A DNA stretch of 64,000 nucleotides from Deltaproteobacteria bacterium SG8_13 (GTDB taxonomy: Bacteria > Desulfobacterota > Desulfobacteria > Desulfobacterales > SG8-13): NCBI GenBank assembly GCA_001303025.1, contig LJNK01000001.1:41-64040 (forward strand), given 5' to 3'. This document shows, in pieces, positions 9,380-18,954 of this stretch. The notes beneath the pieces were generated by a model. It made no database searches. It saw only the letters and a program-made list of their open reading frames with translations, and had not been told where the DNA came from. The translations under genes were made by a program, and so were the position numbers. Position 1 is the first letter of the stretch, and each line of letters starts with the position of its first letter.

Positions 9380-11524
9380 TTACGCTGGGTCAGGTAACTC
9401 GATTTTTCCGATTATTCGCGTTGAATTTGCAACTGCTGCCAAAGCAGTGCCCATATCTGCAAATACAGCTTCCCACATCGTTGCCATTCCCATTGCGCCG
9501 AAGAGTATGAAGATTCCTTTAACAACAAACGCCAAAATAATATTCTGCCAGACGATCCGGCGTGTGTGTTTGGCAATGGAAATCGACTCGGCCATTTTCA
9601 TGGGCGAATCGTTCATCAACACCACATCAGCCGTCTCCACTGCAACATCGCTTCCAAGCGCTCCCATGGCCACGCCGACATCCGCGCGGGCAAGGACCGG
9701 TGCATCGTTGATACCGTCACCGACAAAAGCGATTTTACCCTGACTTTGCCATCGTCTTGTTAGCTTTTCAAAAGTGCTGACCTTATCTTCCGGTAGAAGA
9801 TCAGCATAATAACTGTCGATTCCCAATACAGTCGCAACAGCCTCCGCAGCACAGGTATTATCGCCTGTCAACATCGCAACATGTTCTACACCCTGCTGCC
9901 TGAGCATCTTGATGGCTTTTTTCCCGTCCGATTTGATTTCATCCCCGATTGTGATGAAACCTGCGTATTTTTCATCCACCACGATGTGGGCGACAGTCGC
10001 GTCGAATTCACATTTTGGATGATCGATTGATTCTACGTGAAGAAGGCTGTCGTTTCCGACCATAACCGAATGAGAGCCATAGCGGGCCTTGACACCCTTC
10101 CCTGATATTTCCGTATGGTCAAAAACCATTGCAGGGTTCAGTTCCTGGCCATTTTTTTCATAAGCGTGGATAATGGAAGTGGCGATGGGATGATTTGACT
10201 GCAATTCTGCTGCAGCTGCAAACTCTAAAAGTTGATTTTTCGAAAATCCGTTCAGATTGACGATCTCCTGTACGTTGAATACACCTTTTGTCAGGGTTCC
10301 AGTTTTGTCGAATACCACCATTTTAACGGCTGCCAGTGCATCGATAAAGTTAGAGCCTTTTACCAGAATACCGTTGCGGGAGGCCTTGCCGATCCCACCG
10401 AAATAGCCCAGTGGAATGCTGACAACCAACGCACAAGGGCACGAAATGACCAGCAGCACCAGGGCCCGGTAGATCCAAGTTTGAAAAGATGCTCCGGTGA
10501 TAGCCGGCGGGATAAAGGCAACAGCCGCTGCGATCAGCACCACCGCAGGGGTATAATAGCGGGCAAATGTGGTTATGAAATTTTCAGTTTTTGCTTTTCG
10601 AGCAGTGGCATTTTCGACAAGATCCATCACCTTGGCAATGGAAGATTCGCCAAAAGGCCGCGTCACCCGAACAACCAGGGCGCCGCTTTGATTGATTTGC
10701 CCGGCCAATACCGAGTCCCCGGGTTTGACGGTGACAGGCACAAATTCGCCGGTTAGGGCAGAGGAATCCAGTTGAGAGTTTCCCGTAACGATATCTCCAT
10801 CCAAAGGAACCTTTTCGCCGGGTTTAACGAGTATCAGATCACCGACAACAACTGACTCCGGAGCCACTTCATGGTATCCGTTGGGAGTTTTTATAACCGC
10901 CTTGTCCGGCTTTGCCGCCAACAGTGCTCGTATCGAGCGGCGCGACCGGGACACGGCCACACCCTGGAGCAGTTCACCGACTTTGAAAAAAATCATGACC
11001 CCGACGGCCTCGGCATACGCATGAATTGCCAGCGCTCCCCCGGTGGCTATCACCATGAGTACATTTTCGTCGAATAACGTGCCTTTGCGAATCGTTTTGA
11101 ATGCTCCCAAAAGAACATTCCAACCCGCCATCAGATAGGCCGCAGCAACAATGGCGATTTCCAGAATCGGAAGGGGGTTTTTATGAAACCAGTCTTCAAA
11201 AAAAAGTTGCAGCATGAACAGGACCGAAGCAGCAGACAGGATTGAGAGCTCTCTTTTACGTTTGATACGTCCGGATGCTTCATCGCGCTTATGCCAAGCC
11301 CGATTCCCGGATTTTGGTTCCAGCTCAACCTCGGGTTCAATCCTGCGGACTTCATCCAAAACCCGCGGGATATCCTTGGCCTTCACATGCAGGGTCGAGG
11401 TGGCAAAGTCGAGAACGGCTTCATCTACGCCGGCTAAGGCGTTCAACCCGTTTTCAATTTTCGCCGCACAGGAGGCGCAATCGAGGTTTTTTACAGTAAA
11501 TATTTCTGTTTTTATCTCTTCCAT
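9380..11524 (-). CDS. Heavy-metal translocating P1B-type ATPase (Cd/Zn/Pb-type)
   Basis: Motifs present are an HMA domain with NLDCASCAAKIE, the CPC transmembrane motif (ISCPCALVVS), DKTGTLT, SNHPIA and GDGINDAP. I placed the start at the ATG at 11524 (MEEIKTEIFTV). The track ORF extends to 11650, which overlaps the arsR gene. Confidence 0.95.
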   Translation of the reverse strand: MEEIKTEIFTVKNLDCASCAAKIENGLNALAGVDEAVLDFATSTLHVKAKDIPRVLDEVRRIEPEVELEPKSGNRAWHKRDEASGRIKRKRELSILSAASVLFMLQLFFEDWFHKNPLPILEIAIVAAAYLMAGWNVLLGAFKTIRKGTLFDENVLMVIATGGALAIHAYAEAVGVMIFFKVGELLQGVAVSRSRRSIRALLAAKPDKAVIKTPNGYHEVAPESVVVGDLILVKPGEKVPLDGDIVTGNSQLDSSALTGEFVPVTVKPGDSVLAGQINQSGALVVRVTRPFGESSIAKVMDLVENATARKAKTENFITTFARYYTPAVVLIAAAVAFIPPAITGASFQTWIYRALVLLVISCPCALVVSIPLGYFGGIGKASRNGILVKGSNFIDALAAVKMVVFDKTGTLTKGVFNVQEIVNLNGFSKNQLLEFAAAAELQSNHPIATSIIHAYEKNGQELNPAMVFDHTEISGKGVKARYGSHSVMVGNDSLLHVESIDHPKCEFDATVAHIVVDEKYAGFITIGDEIKSDGKKAIKMLRQQGVEHVAMLTGDNTCAAEAVATVLGIDSYYADLLPEDKVSTFEKLTRRWQSQGKIAFVGDGINDAPVLARADVGVAMGALGSDVAVETADVVLMNDSPMKMAESISIAKHTRRIVWQNIILAFVVKGIFILFGAMGMATMWEAVFADMGTALAAVANSTRIIGKIELPDPA

Positions 11525-11546
11525 TCTCGGGATTCTATCGACTGCA

Positions 11547-11927
11547 TCATGACTCTTGCGTATGTTCCATTCCCAAATTAAGCAGCTTGCGGATGTGCTC
11601 ATCGTCCAAGCTGTAGTAAACGATTTTCCCGTCCCTTCTGGCTTTGACAACCCGTGACTGTTTTAAATTTTTTAGCTGATGGGAAACCGCCGGTTGTTTC
11701 ATCTGTAACAATGCGCACAGGTCACAAACGCACATTTCAGATTCGCTCAACGCCCACAGAATACCTAACCTGGTGCTGTCACCGAAAAGCTTAAACAGGT
11801 CAGCGAGTTCATACAAAGCAACCGCATCCGGCATATTCCGATCCACTGCACGGATCGTATCCTTATGGATTCCCTTGGTAATGCATGTTTCAACCGCATC
11901 GGTGGTGTTGCGTTGCCGGGCTGCCAT
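11547..11927 (-). CDS. ArsR/SmtB-family metal-sensing transcriptional repressor
   Basis: The sequence LFKLFGDSTRLGILWALSESEMCVCDLCALLQMKQPAVSHQLKNLKQSRVV is a canonical ArsR HTH with a CVC metal site. It lies 22 nt upstream of the ATPase on the same strand. Confidence 0.9.
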   Translation of the reverse strand: MAARQRNTTDAVETCITKGIHKDTIRAVDRNMPDAVALYELADLFKLFGDSTRLGILWALSESEMCVCDLCALLQMKQPAVSHQLKNLKQSRVVKARRDGKIVYYSLDDEHIRKLLNLGMEHTQES

Positions 11928-11964
11928 GTTTCATCCCCTTTCGGGTTCATCATTTGTACATATG

Positions 11965-11982
11965 AACATATATTAATATGTT
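11965..11982. promoter_or_regulatory. Inverted repeat AACATAT-atta-ATATGTT; candidate ArsR/SmtB operator
   Basis: A perfect 7-bp inverted repeat with a 4-nt spacer lies about 40 bp upstream of the arsR ATG, in AT-rich DNA. It sits within TATGAACATATATTAATATGTTATGA, which resembles SmtB/CadC 12-2-12-type operators. Confidence 0.45.
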
Positions 11983-12650
11983 ATGAAATGTCAAGCTTCT
12001 GTAAAGTTCATTCACCGGCTTTTGTGCGGGAAGGGGTCGATTAGGTAAAATTTCAGTGAGTTGTATACAAGCTGTTCAGACGAATATTTTGTCTATAAAC
12101 AGGATTATTCGTGATGAACTGCCGGATGAGAGTGTCTGGTTTTATGAAAAAATCCCCATCCAAACAACTCCACAGCCGGGGGGATGCCTCTGTGTCGCCT
12201 ATCAACGCATTCGAAAATTTGGAATCGCGATAAAAGAATTTTGCGGCAAACCTGTCCAAGGCAGAGCAGCGATGCGCGTCTTCGGTATCGTTGTTTGTGG
12301 AAACGTTTGTGCACAGCAGACGTGCCGCAGGGCCATTGCAATTGCCGGTGCCGGCATCAAAAAAAATCAGTCCAAAAACCGTTCCTGCAATGATAAAAAC
12401 AGCAGGTCTTGGACAACCTTGCCGTCACACCGACGCAACATTCAAAGGAAAAGCGCTGTTTGGATTGAAAAATACCACTATCGTGAACGTTGAGAAGTGT
12501 AATCTTCTGCGGTGCTTTTCATTTGGGTGAAAAAAAGAAAAGTGCAATCCTGCTGATGAAGACTGCAATTTTTTACATTATACACGCCCACTGCCTGCAG
12601 TGGCTAACCGTTGTTTTCGATTCGCCAAACGCTTTCAGGCGATCATTGCG

Positions 12651-15107
12651 TCAACTGTTGACAGGTTCGGTAGCTTCTGACGGCGCGTGGGCAGACGGCA
12701 GTGCCACGGCAACGGCCTCGTCGATTTGTTCGACCGGAACGAACAGCAGCGTGTTGCGCACCTCGTCCGGGAGGTCCTCCAGGTCTTTTTCGTTGCGCCT
12801 GGGCAGCACCACTGTGCTCAGACCGGCCCGATGGGCCGCGAGCACCTTCATCTTTATGCCGCCGACCGGCAATACCCTCCCTCGAAGGGTCACTTCGCCG
12901 GTCATGCCGACATCGCCGCGAACCGGGCGGTTGCTGAACAGGCTGGCCATGGCCATGATCATGGCGACACCCGCCGATGGGCCGTCTTTGGGCACGGCTC
13001 CGGCCGGCACGTGCAGGTGCACATCGGTCTTGTCGAAGCTGTCCGGTTCGATGCCCAGCTCCCTGGCCTTCGAACGGACGTAGCTGTAAGCGATCTGGGC
13101 GCTTTCGCGCATGACATCTCCCAGGTGGCCGGTTAGGGTCAAGCCGCCCTTGCCGTTCATCTTGGTCGCTTCGATAAACAGGATGTCGCCGCCGACCGCC
13201 GTCACGGCCAGGCCGGTGGAAATACCTGGAATCTCGATGTCTTCGGAGAGCTCCGACTCGAATTTTTCCTTTTTCAGGTACTCGCGGATCAGCTCCGGTG
13301 TGATGATGACGTGCTCCCACCGCTGGTCGGCAATTTTCACCACACTTTTGCGACAGACCGCACCGATCTGTCTCTCGAGGTTGCGCACTCCGGCCTCCCG
13401 GGTGTAATCTTCGACAATCTTGCGCAGGGCCTCTTCGGTGAAGGTGATCTCCTCATCCTCGAGGGCATGGGCTTTGACCTGCCGCGGCACCAGGTGACGC
13501 TGGGCGATCTGGATTTTTTCGTATTCGGTGTAACCGTCCAGCCCGATGATTTCCATGCGATCGCGCAACGGGGCCGGGATGGTTTCCAGCTGATTGGCGG
13601 TGGTGATGAAGATCACTTCGCTCAGGTCAAAGTCCACATCGAGGTAGTGATCGCGGAATGCGTGGTTTTGAGCCGGATCGAGGACTTCGAGCAGGGCGCT
13701 GCTGGGGTCGCCTCGCCAGTCCACCCCGATCTTGTCCACCTCGTCGAGCATGAAGACCGGATTGCGGGTCTTCGCCCGCTTGATCGACTGGATGATGCGT
13801 CCGGGCATGGCGCCGATGTAAGTGCGCCGGTGTCCGCGGATCTCGGCTTCATCCCGCATACCGCCCAGGCTCATTCGGGTGAACTCGCGACCCAGGGCCC
13901 GGGCAATGCTCTGTCCCAGACTGGTTTTACCGACGCCCGGAGGTCCGGCAAAGCATAAAATGGCCCCCATCGCTTCGCCCGCATCTTTCGATTCGGCCGG
14001 TTCGGAGGACTTTCCGCGTTCCAGCACCAGCTTGCGTACCGCCAGGTATTCGATGATTCGTTCCTTGACGTCCTGCAATCCGTAGTGATCCTCGTCCAGA
14101 ACCGTTCGGGCACGATCGATGTCGGTCTGGTCTTCGCTGGTCTTGTCCCAGGGAAGATCGAGCAGCCAATCGAGATAGGTTTTGATCACCGAATACTCCG
14201 CGGACTGGGGCGCCATGCTCGCCAGGCGTTTGAGCTCGCGCTCGGCCTCTTTGCGGGCTTCTTCGGGAAGCTGCGCCTCGTTTAGTTTCTCGGTGTACTC
14301 GTCCACCTCGGACTGGCCTTCTTCGGTCTCGCCCAGCTCGCTTTTAATCGCCTTGAGCTGCTGGCGCAGGTAGTATTCCCGCTGGGCCTTGTTCATCTTC
14401 TCCCTGGTTTCGGATTCGATTTTTTTGCCCAGCGTCAGCACCTCTTTTTCCCGGGACAGGTAACCGATCAGCTGCCGGATCTTGTCTTTGACCGAGTTTC
14501 TTTCCAGTATCTGCTGGGCCTTTTCGACCTCCAGGCCGGCGCCGCTGGCCACCAGGTAGGTCAGGTAGCGGGGATCTTTCACCTGGGCCAGGTAGTCGCC
14601 GACTTCTTTGGGGAACTTAGGCGACAGGGCGACCACCTCCTGGGCCAATTCCCGCAGGCTTCGCTGGAGCGCATCCATTTCCAGGTCTTTTTCCACCCGG
14701 TCGGGGGAAAGGGCGATGCGCGCCCGCAGATAAGGGCTGTCCGCCAGCCAGTAATCGATTCGAAACCGTTCCAGGCCGTGCACGATCACCTGCATGCTCT
14801 TGTCGGCCGCGCGGGTCACGTGCTCCACCTTGGCAACGGTCCCCACCTCGTAAGTCTGACCCGGAAGCGGCTCTTCGATATCGGGATATTTCATCCCCAC
14901 CAGCCCGATCAAGCGGTCGCCTTTCAAGGCTTCTTCGATCAGTTTGACCGAGCGGGCCACCCCGACAGAGAGCGGCACCATGGAAAACGGAAATGCCACC
15001 GTGTTGCGCAGGGGCAGGATCGGCAGTTCGTTGGGAATTTCCGCTTCCTGGGAAGGGGCGGTATCTTTCTGTTCAACGGGCTTCAAAGGTGTTTTTTCTT
15101 CACTCAT
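12651..15107 (-). CDS. lon: ATP-dependent Lon protease
   Basis: Motifs present are the LON N-domain (LPILPLRNTVAFPF), Walker A GPPGVGKTSLGQSIA and the catalytic PKDGPSAGVAM. I set the start at the ATG at 15107 (MSEEKTPLK, AGGTGA 6 nt upstream). The track ORF extends 69 codons further. Confidence 0.95.
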   Translation of the reverse strand: MSEEKTPLKPVEQKDTAPSQEAEIPNELPILPLRNTVAFPFSMVPLSVGVARSVKLIEEALKGDRLIGLVGMKYPDIEEPLPGQTYEVGTVAKVEHVTRAADKSMQVIVHGLERFRIDYWLADSPYLRARIALSPDRVEKDLEMDALQRSLRELAQEVVALSPKFPKEVGDYLAQVKDPRYLTYLVASGAGLEVEKAQQILERNSVKDKIRQLIGYLSREKEVLTLGKKIESETREKMNKAQREYYLRQQLKAIKSELGETEEGQSEVDEYTEKLNEAQLPEEARKEAERELKRLASMAPQSAEYSVIKTYLDWLLDLPWDKTSEDQTDIDRARTVLDEDHYGLQDVKERIIEYLAVRKLVLERGKSSEPAESKDAGEAMGAILCFAGPPGVGKTSLGQSIARALGREFTRMSLGGMRDEAEIRGHRRTYIGAMPGRIIQSIKRAKTRNPVFMLDEVDKIGVDWRGDPSSALLEVLDPAQNHAFRDHYLDVDFDLSEVIFITTANQLETIPAPLRDRMEIIGLDGYTEYEKIQIAQRHLVPRQVKAHALEDEEITFTEEALRKIVEDYTREAGVRNLERQIGAVCRKSVVKIADQRWEHVIITPELIREYLKKEKFESELSEDIEIPGISTGLAVTAVGGDILFIEATKMNGKGGLTLTGHLGDVMRESAQIAYSYVRSKARELGIEPDSFDKTDVHLHVPAGAVPKDGPSAGVAMIMAMASLFSNRPVRGDVGMTGEVTLRGRVLPVGGIKMKVLAAHRAGLSTVVLPRRNEKDLEDLPDEVRNTLLFVPVEQIDEAVAVALPSAHAPSEATEPVNS

Positions 15108-15499
15108 GGATTCACCTGTCTGTTGTTCTTTTCGGGCTTGAAACGACAACATAATACGCGACCCGGGATTGTAAAGCCGGGTGTTTCGACCATTTCTGAT
15201 TCTGAAAAGAGCCGCCACCGCGCCCGGCGTGTGGGCAGCACCGCCCGCTTTCCCTGATGAAGCCGGTTCGGATACCAGCAGGGCCGGGTTACAGCCTTTG
15301 TCGATAGTCGGCACGAACCCTGACGTTTTTTGTCATTCCCGCACCGGCCATTGGGGGGACAGGGGCTTAAACTATCTGAAATGATAGTATAAATTATATT
15401 CGGGATACGTGGTATGAAATTTGCTTCCTAGTATGTCATCCGGTTGATGTACCGGCGGGCCGGGAACTGATGTATTTTACGACAGAGGGGAGGAGTGCT

Positions 15500-15715
15500 G
15501 TGATCTGTAAAGAGTGTTATCATGAGAATGGGTGCGATAGGCGTCCGGACGAGGACGGCCGATGCGGCTTCTACGTGAAAAAGACCCGGGTGGACATCGG
15601 AAATGAAGTCGAGGTGAACCCAATGGACACCATGACCTTCGATTACGACGACATTAAAAAACTCTTCGAAGATGCCGACCTGACAGAAGAACAGCTCAAG
15701 GAATTGGGGCTGTAA
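15500..15715 (+). CDS. Small Cys-containing hypothetical protein (71 aa)
   Basis: A GTG at 15500 is preceded by GGAGGAG with 5-nt spacing. The product begins ICKECYHENGCDRRPDEDGRCGFY and has an acidic C-terminus. I did not recognise a family. Confidence 0.45.
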   Translation: MICKECYHENGCDRRPDEDGRCGFYVKKTRVDIGNEVEVNPMDTMTFDYDDIKKLFEDADLTEEQLKELGL

Positions 15716-15774
15716 CCCCCCGCATGAAATACAGTAATCGGTAATTCCTGTCATGCCGAACTGGCCGACGCTGA

Positions 15775-16173
15775 TCATCGCTGTTCGCCGGCGATGATCG
15801 CGTCGGCTTCCAATTCCACCAGCCACTGCGGATCGATAAAACCGGTAACCTGCACCACGGTGTCAGCCGGCCGGATGTCATGGAAATACTCGGCATGCAC
15901 CCTGGCAACGGCCTGCCAGTCTTCGATACGCTTTAGCAGCAATCGGGTTCGAACCACATCGCCGAGCGTCGCGCCGGCCTTTTCCAGCGCTTCCCGGATG
16001 ATTTCCAGACACCGACGGGCCTGAGCGCCGGCATCACCGGGTGCAACGGTTTTACCGTCGACCCCGATGGGGGCGGTACCGCCGACGCTAACAAAGGGAC
16101 CGACGCGCACGGCCCGCGAAAATCCGATGACAGCTTCGTAGGGACTGCCGCTGAAAACGAGTTTGCGTTCCAT
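15775..16173 (-). CDS. RidA/YjgF-family reactive-intermediate deaminase-like protein
   Basis: The product is 132 aa. GPFVSVGGTAPI, RCLEIIREALEKAGATLGDVVRTRLLL and VELEADAII fit the YjgF/RidA fold family. Confidence 0.85.
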   Translation of the reverse strand: MERKLVFSGSPYEAVIGFSRAVRVGPFVSVGGTAPIGVDGKTVAPGDAGAQARRCLEIIREALEKAGATLGDVVRTRLLLKRIEDWQAVARVHAEYFHDIRPADTVVQVTGFIDPQWLVELEADAIIAGEQR

Positions 16174-16543
16174 GATGTGTTCCTTTCCGTTTACCTGCCT
16201 ATTTCATGTTCCCTATCTTCTTGCAATTCCCTATCAAGTATGGGAAGTGTTAGACAACATATGCCAAACCGCCCGAAGATTCGAACCGGATGGTTAAACC
16301 CTGATCCGCCCCTGCAAGCTTCTGGCCTCTGCACCGTCTTTTCACCTGGAAACTGCGCCTTCTGCCCTTGCAGCTGACCACTCCCGCCATCTTTGCCACT
16401 GGTGACCCTGAACCTTGAACTCGCATGGTTTTGTCGCTCCAAGCGCATCTGCTGTAATCTGCTTCCAAGGCGTGTTGTCATGATGGCTGTTTCGTTTCAA
16501 AGGCCGTCCGGAGGTATGAACCACCCAACACAAGGAGGTGACT

Positions 16544-17173
16544 ATGGAAAAGCCCATCATCAACTACGAAACCTTGATTCGCATCACCAAGGCCATTTCC
16601 ATGATCCGGGATCCGGAGGAGATCTTGTTGATTACGGTTGAGGGCGTCACAAGTGCTCTGGGTATCAAGGGCTGTGCCGTGTTTTTGTTCAGCGCAAAAA
16701 CTGACGAACTGAAGCTTGCTTGCAGTTACGGCCTCAGCGACGAATATTTGAACAAGGGGCCGGTAAACGCCCTTCGTTCGATTGCATCGGCTCTTCAGGA
16801 CGGCCAACCGGTGGCCATTTCCGATGTTACGGACGACCCCCGGGTACAGTACCCCGAAGCAGCGCAAAAGGAGGGTGTCGCCTCGATCCTATCGGTGCCG
16901 ATGATTATCGGTGATAAGATTACCGGGTGCATGCGAGTCTATACTGCCGAGCGCTGGGAGTTCACTTTGAACGATGTGAATTTTGTCCAGGCCGTAGCGC
17001 AGGTGGTTGGAATGGCCCTGGAAATGTGCCGGGTCAACAAAGGGTTGAAAGACAGCATCGACATTCTCAAAACGATGCGGGATCCAAAGACGCTGAAGTC
17101 CCAAAAACGGACACCATATGAAGGCGTGCCGAAAAGTTTCGCCAGACAGGAGATCGCTGAAACCAGCGCTTGA
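16544..17173 (+). CDS. GAF domain-containing protein
   Basis: The ATG at 16544 is preceded by AAGGAGG. The core, from LIRITKAISMIRDPEEILLITVEG to SILSVPMIIGDKITGCMRVYT, has a GAF-like pattern. No output domain is present. Confidence 0.75.
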   Translation: MEKPIINYETLIRITKAISMIRDPEEILLITVEGVTSALGIKGCAVFLFSAKTDELKLACSYGLSDEYLNKGPVNALRSIASALQDGQPVAISDVTDDPRVQYPEAAQKEGVASILSVPMIIGDKITGCMRVYTAERWEFTLNDVNFVQAVAQVVGMALEMCRVNKGLKDSIDILKTMRDPKTLKSQKRTPYEGVPKSFARQEIAETSA

Positions 17174-17325
17174 GTGAAAATCTGCGCTGTCGGCCATTGG
17201 ATTGTTGCTGCACCGGTCCATGGTTGATTGACCCGTGCGATATACGGCAGGCCGGTTGAGAGATAGTGGAGATGGAGGCAGGTCGAAACTTGATGGCAGC
17301 TGCCTGCCGCCGGGTTCGGCCATGC

Positions 17326-18849
17326 TTACCCCCACACACTGGCAAGCCTGCGGATCAGGTTCATCATGTCGCTGTGCTCGTAGACCTCGGGCATCAACCC
17401 GATGGGATCGTTATAGAGCCGGTCGTCTTCAATGATGGCAGCCCAATCGAGTCCGTTCGGATCGACCACCCGGCCACCGGCATCTTTGACGCCGGCTTGC
17501 TGCATTATTTTTAAAAATTCGTATGCCACCAGTCCCTGGCCGATCACGGTTGGATGCACGCCGTCGAGGCCGAAGATTCCTCCCTGGACCAGCTGTCCGT
17601 TTCGCGCTGCATGGTAAAACTTGGTGTTCACCGGCGGGTCCATGTAAGCCAGGGCCGGCGGCAGGGTATAGGTGGGGTTGCCGTTGTTTCGTTTCCAGGC
17701 CATTTCGGAAAGCGCCCGGCTGACATCCACCAGATAATAACGCTGCCGGCCGCCGCGGCTTTTGTGTTCACTGTTGAGACGGTTGATGGTTTTGCGGATC
17801 GACTCGTTGTAGGCGTTGATGGCCAGGTCGATGTTGCGGGCCCTGTGCTGGGTGAGAAACGGCCACAGTCCGCTGTGGATGTCCTTTTCACGGAGAAAGA
17901 AATACGCGTAGTATTTGTAGTAAACCGATCGCTTCGTGCGGCCTTCCAGCGTGTCTTCGTAAACTGTTGTGGGGCCGAAGCCTTTGGCCAGCGGAGCGAT
18001 GGTCACATGGGGCACGTTGGCCACAAAAACCTTCCAGTCGACTTCTGCCGGGTTGTTGCGCATGGCCGCATCGACCCGCTTCGCAAGTTCGGCGTACTCC
18101 GCCGCAAAATGATCGGGGTGCCAGAAATTCCAGCCCTGTCTTTCCCGCTCGACATGGCTCAACTGGTGCGGCCATTTGCCATCGACCAGGGTTGTTTGAT
18201 TCGGCTGCAGACGCAGCACGGCGCCCAGCACATTGTTGCTGCCCAACCAGAGAATCAGGTTTTCCACCCCCGGCTCCTCGGAACCGCCTGCAAGCCCCTG
18301 CACATGGGCATCGAGCCATCCGAGCGGGCTCAGGGCGTCATAATCTGAAAGCTGTGCAGGGTTGAGCACGGTGTTGATGGCCCGGTAAAAAGGGGCGTTC
18401 GGCCACGAGAACCATTCGTCACCGTGCCCCCGGGTCTTTTTAATGAGTTGCTTGCAAAGGCCCGCATGGATGCCCCAGGCATCGGCGACCCGCAGGCCGA
18501 ATACGGCGATATTGTGGAAATAGGCGTCACCGCCGGGATGGGGGGCACCTACCTTGCCTTTGCCGCGTTCGTAATAGCGTTCGACCCTGTCCATGGCCTT
18601 GCGGATGGTGTTGACAGCCTGCAGCCACTCGATCGGGCCGAAGATATCGCTGCCGAATTTGTTTTCAAGACTGCGCAGGATCGTTTCGAGGTTGAGCGGG
18701 AAACCACCGTGGGGCCATTCCGCGGGGATTCGGTACGGGTCCGCCCCCAGCATATTGGCGATCAGGGTCGAATAACAGGCATCTGTGCGCGCTGCGGCAA
18801 AAGACATAAATCCCTGGGTGATGCTGTCTCCGATGGAGAATAGCTTCAT
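17326..18849 (-). CDS. Cytoplasmic SGNH/GDSL-family hydrolase (507 aa)
   Basis: Three SGNH blocks are present: Block I FSIGDSITQG, Block III WLGSNNVLG and Block V LDGVHPTVIG. There is no signal peptide. AAGGAG precedes the ATG. Confidence 0.8.
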   Translation of the reverse strand: MKLFSIGDSITQGFMSFAAARTDACYSTLIANMLGADPYRIPAEWPHGGFPLNLETILRSLENKFGSDIFGPIEWLQAVNTIRKAMDRVERYYERGKGKVGAPHPGGDAYFHNIAVFGLRVADAWGIHAGLCKQLIKKTRGHGDEWFSWPNAPFYRAINTVLNPAQLSDYDALSPLGWLDAHVQGLAGGSEEPGVENLILWLGSNNVLGAVLRLQPNQTTLVDGKWPHQLSHVERERQGWNFWHPDHFAAEYAELAKRVDAAMRNNPAEVDWKVFVANVPHVTIAPLAKGFGPTTVYEDTLEGRTKRSVYYKYYAYFFLREKDIHSGLWPFLTQHRARNIDLAINAYNESIRKTINRLNSEHKSRGGRQRYYLVDVSRALSEMAWKRNNGNPTYTLPPALAYMDPPVNTKFYHAARNGQLVQGGIFGLDGVHPTVIGQGLVAYEFLKIMQQAGVKDAGGRVVDPNGLDWAAIIEDDRLYNDPIGLMPEVYEHSDMMNLIRRLASVWG

Positions 18850-18954
18850 GGCGATCTCCTTTCAACCGACAGGATGCATCCGATCAAGAAACTCTTCTAC
18901 CCCATATTCGATTCGGCCGGGGCCCGTTGTGCCCGGTGTAATACCGCGGCGGGA

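Noticed and set aside
12056-12493. Track ORFs in the arsR-lon gap (12056..12493 +, 12053..12259 -, 12105..12341 -, 12291..12530 +)
   Set aside because: They overlap one another in different frames, and none has an SD or recognisable motifs. I treat the region as non-coding or decayed.
7742-12650. Calling the lower-GC metal block a mobile element or genomic island
   Set aside because: I could see no integrase, transposase, tRNA target, terminal inverted repeats or flanking direct repeats. Only the compositional shift is observed, so I report it as a finding rather than annotate it as a mobile_element.
16262-16292. tRNA-like GGTTCGAAT T-loop sequence on the minus strand
   Set aside because: The flanking bases cannot form the 5-bp T-stem (only 1-2 pairs are possible), and no acceptor or anticodon arms are evident. 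This is not a tRNA or a convincing tRNA remnant.
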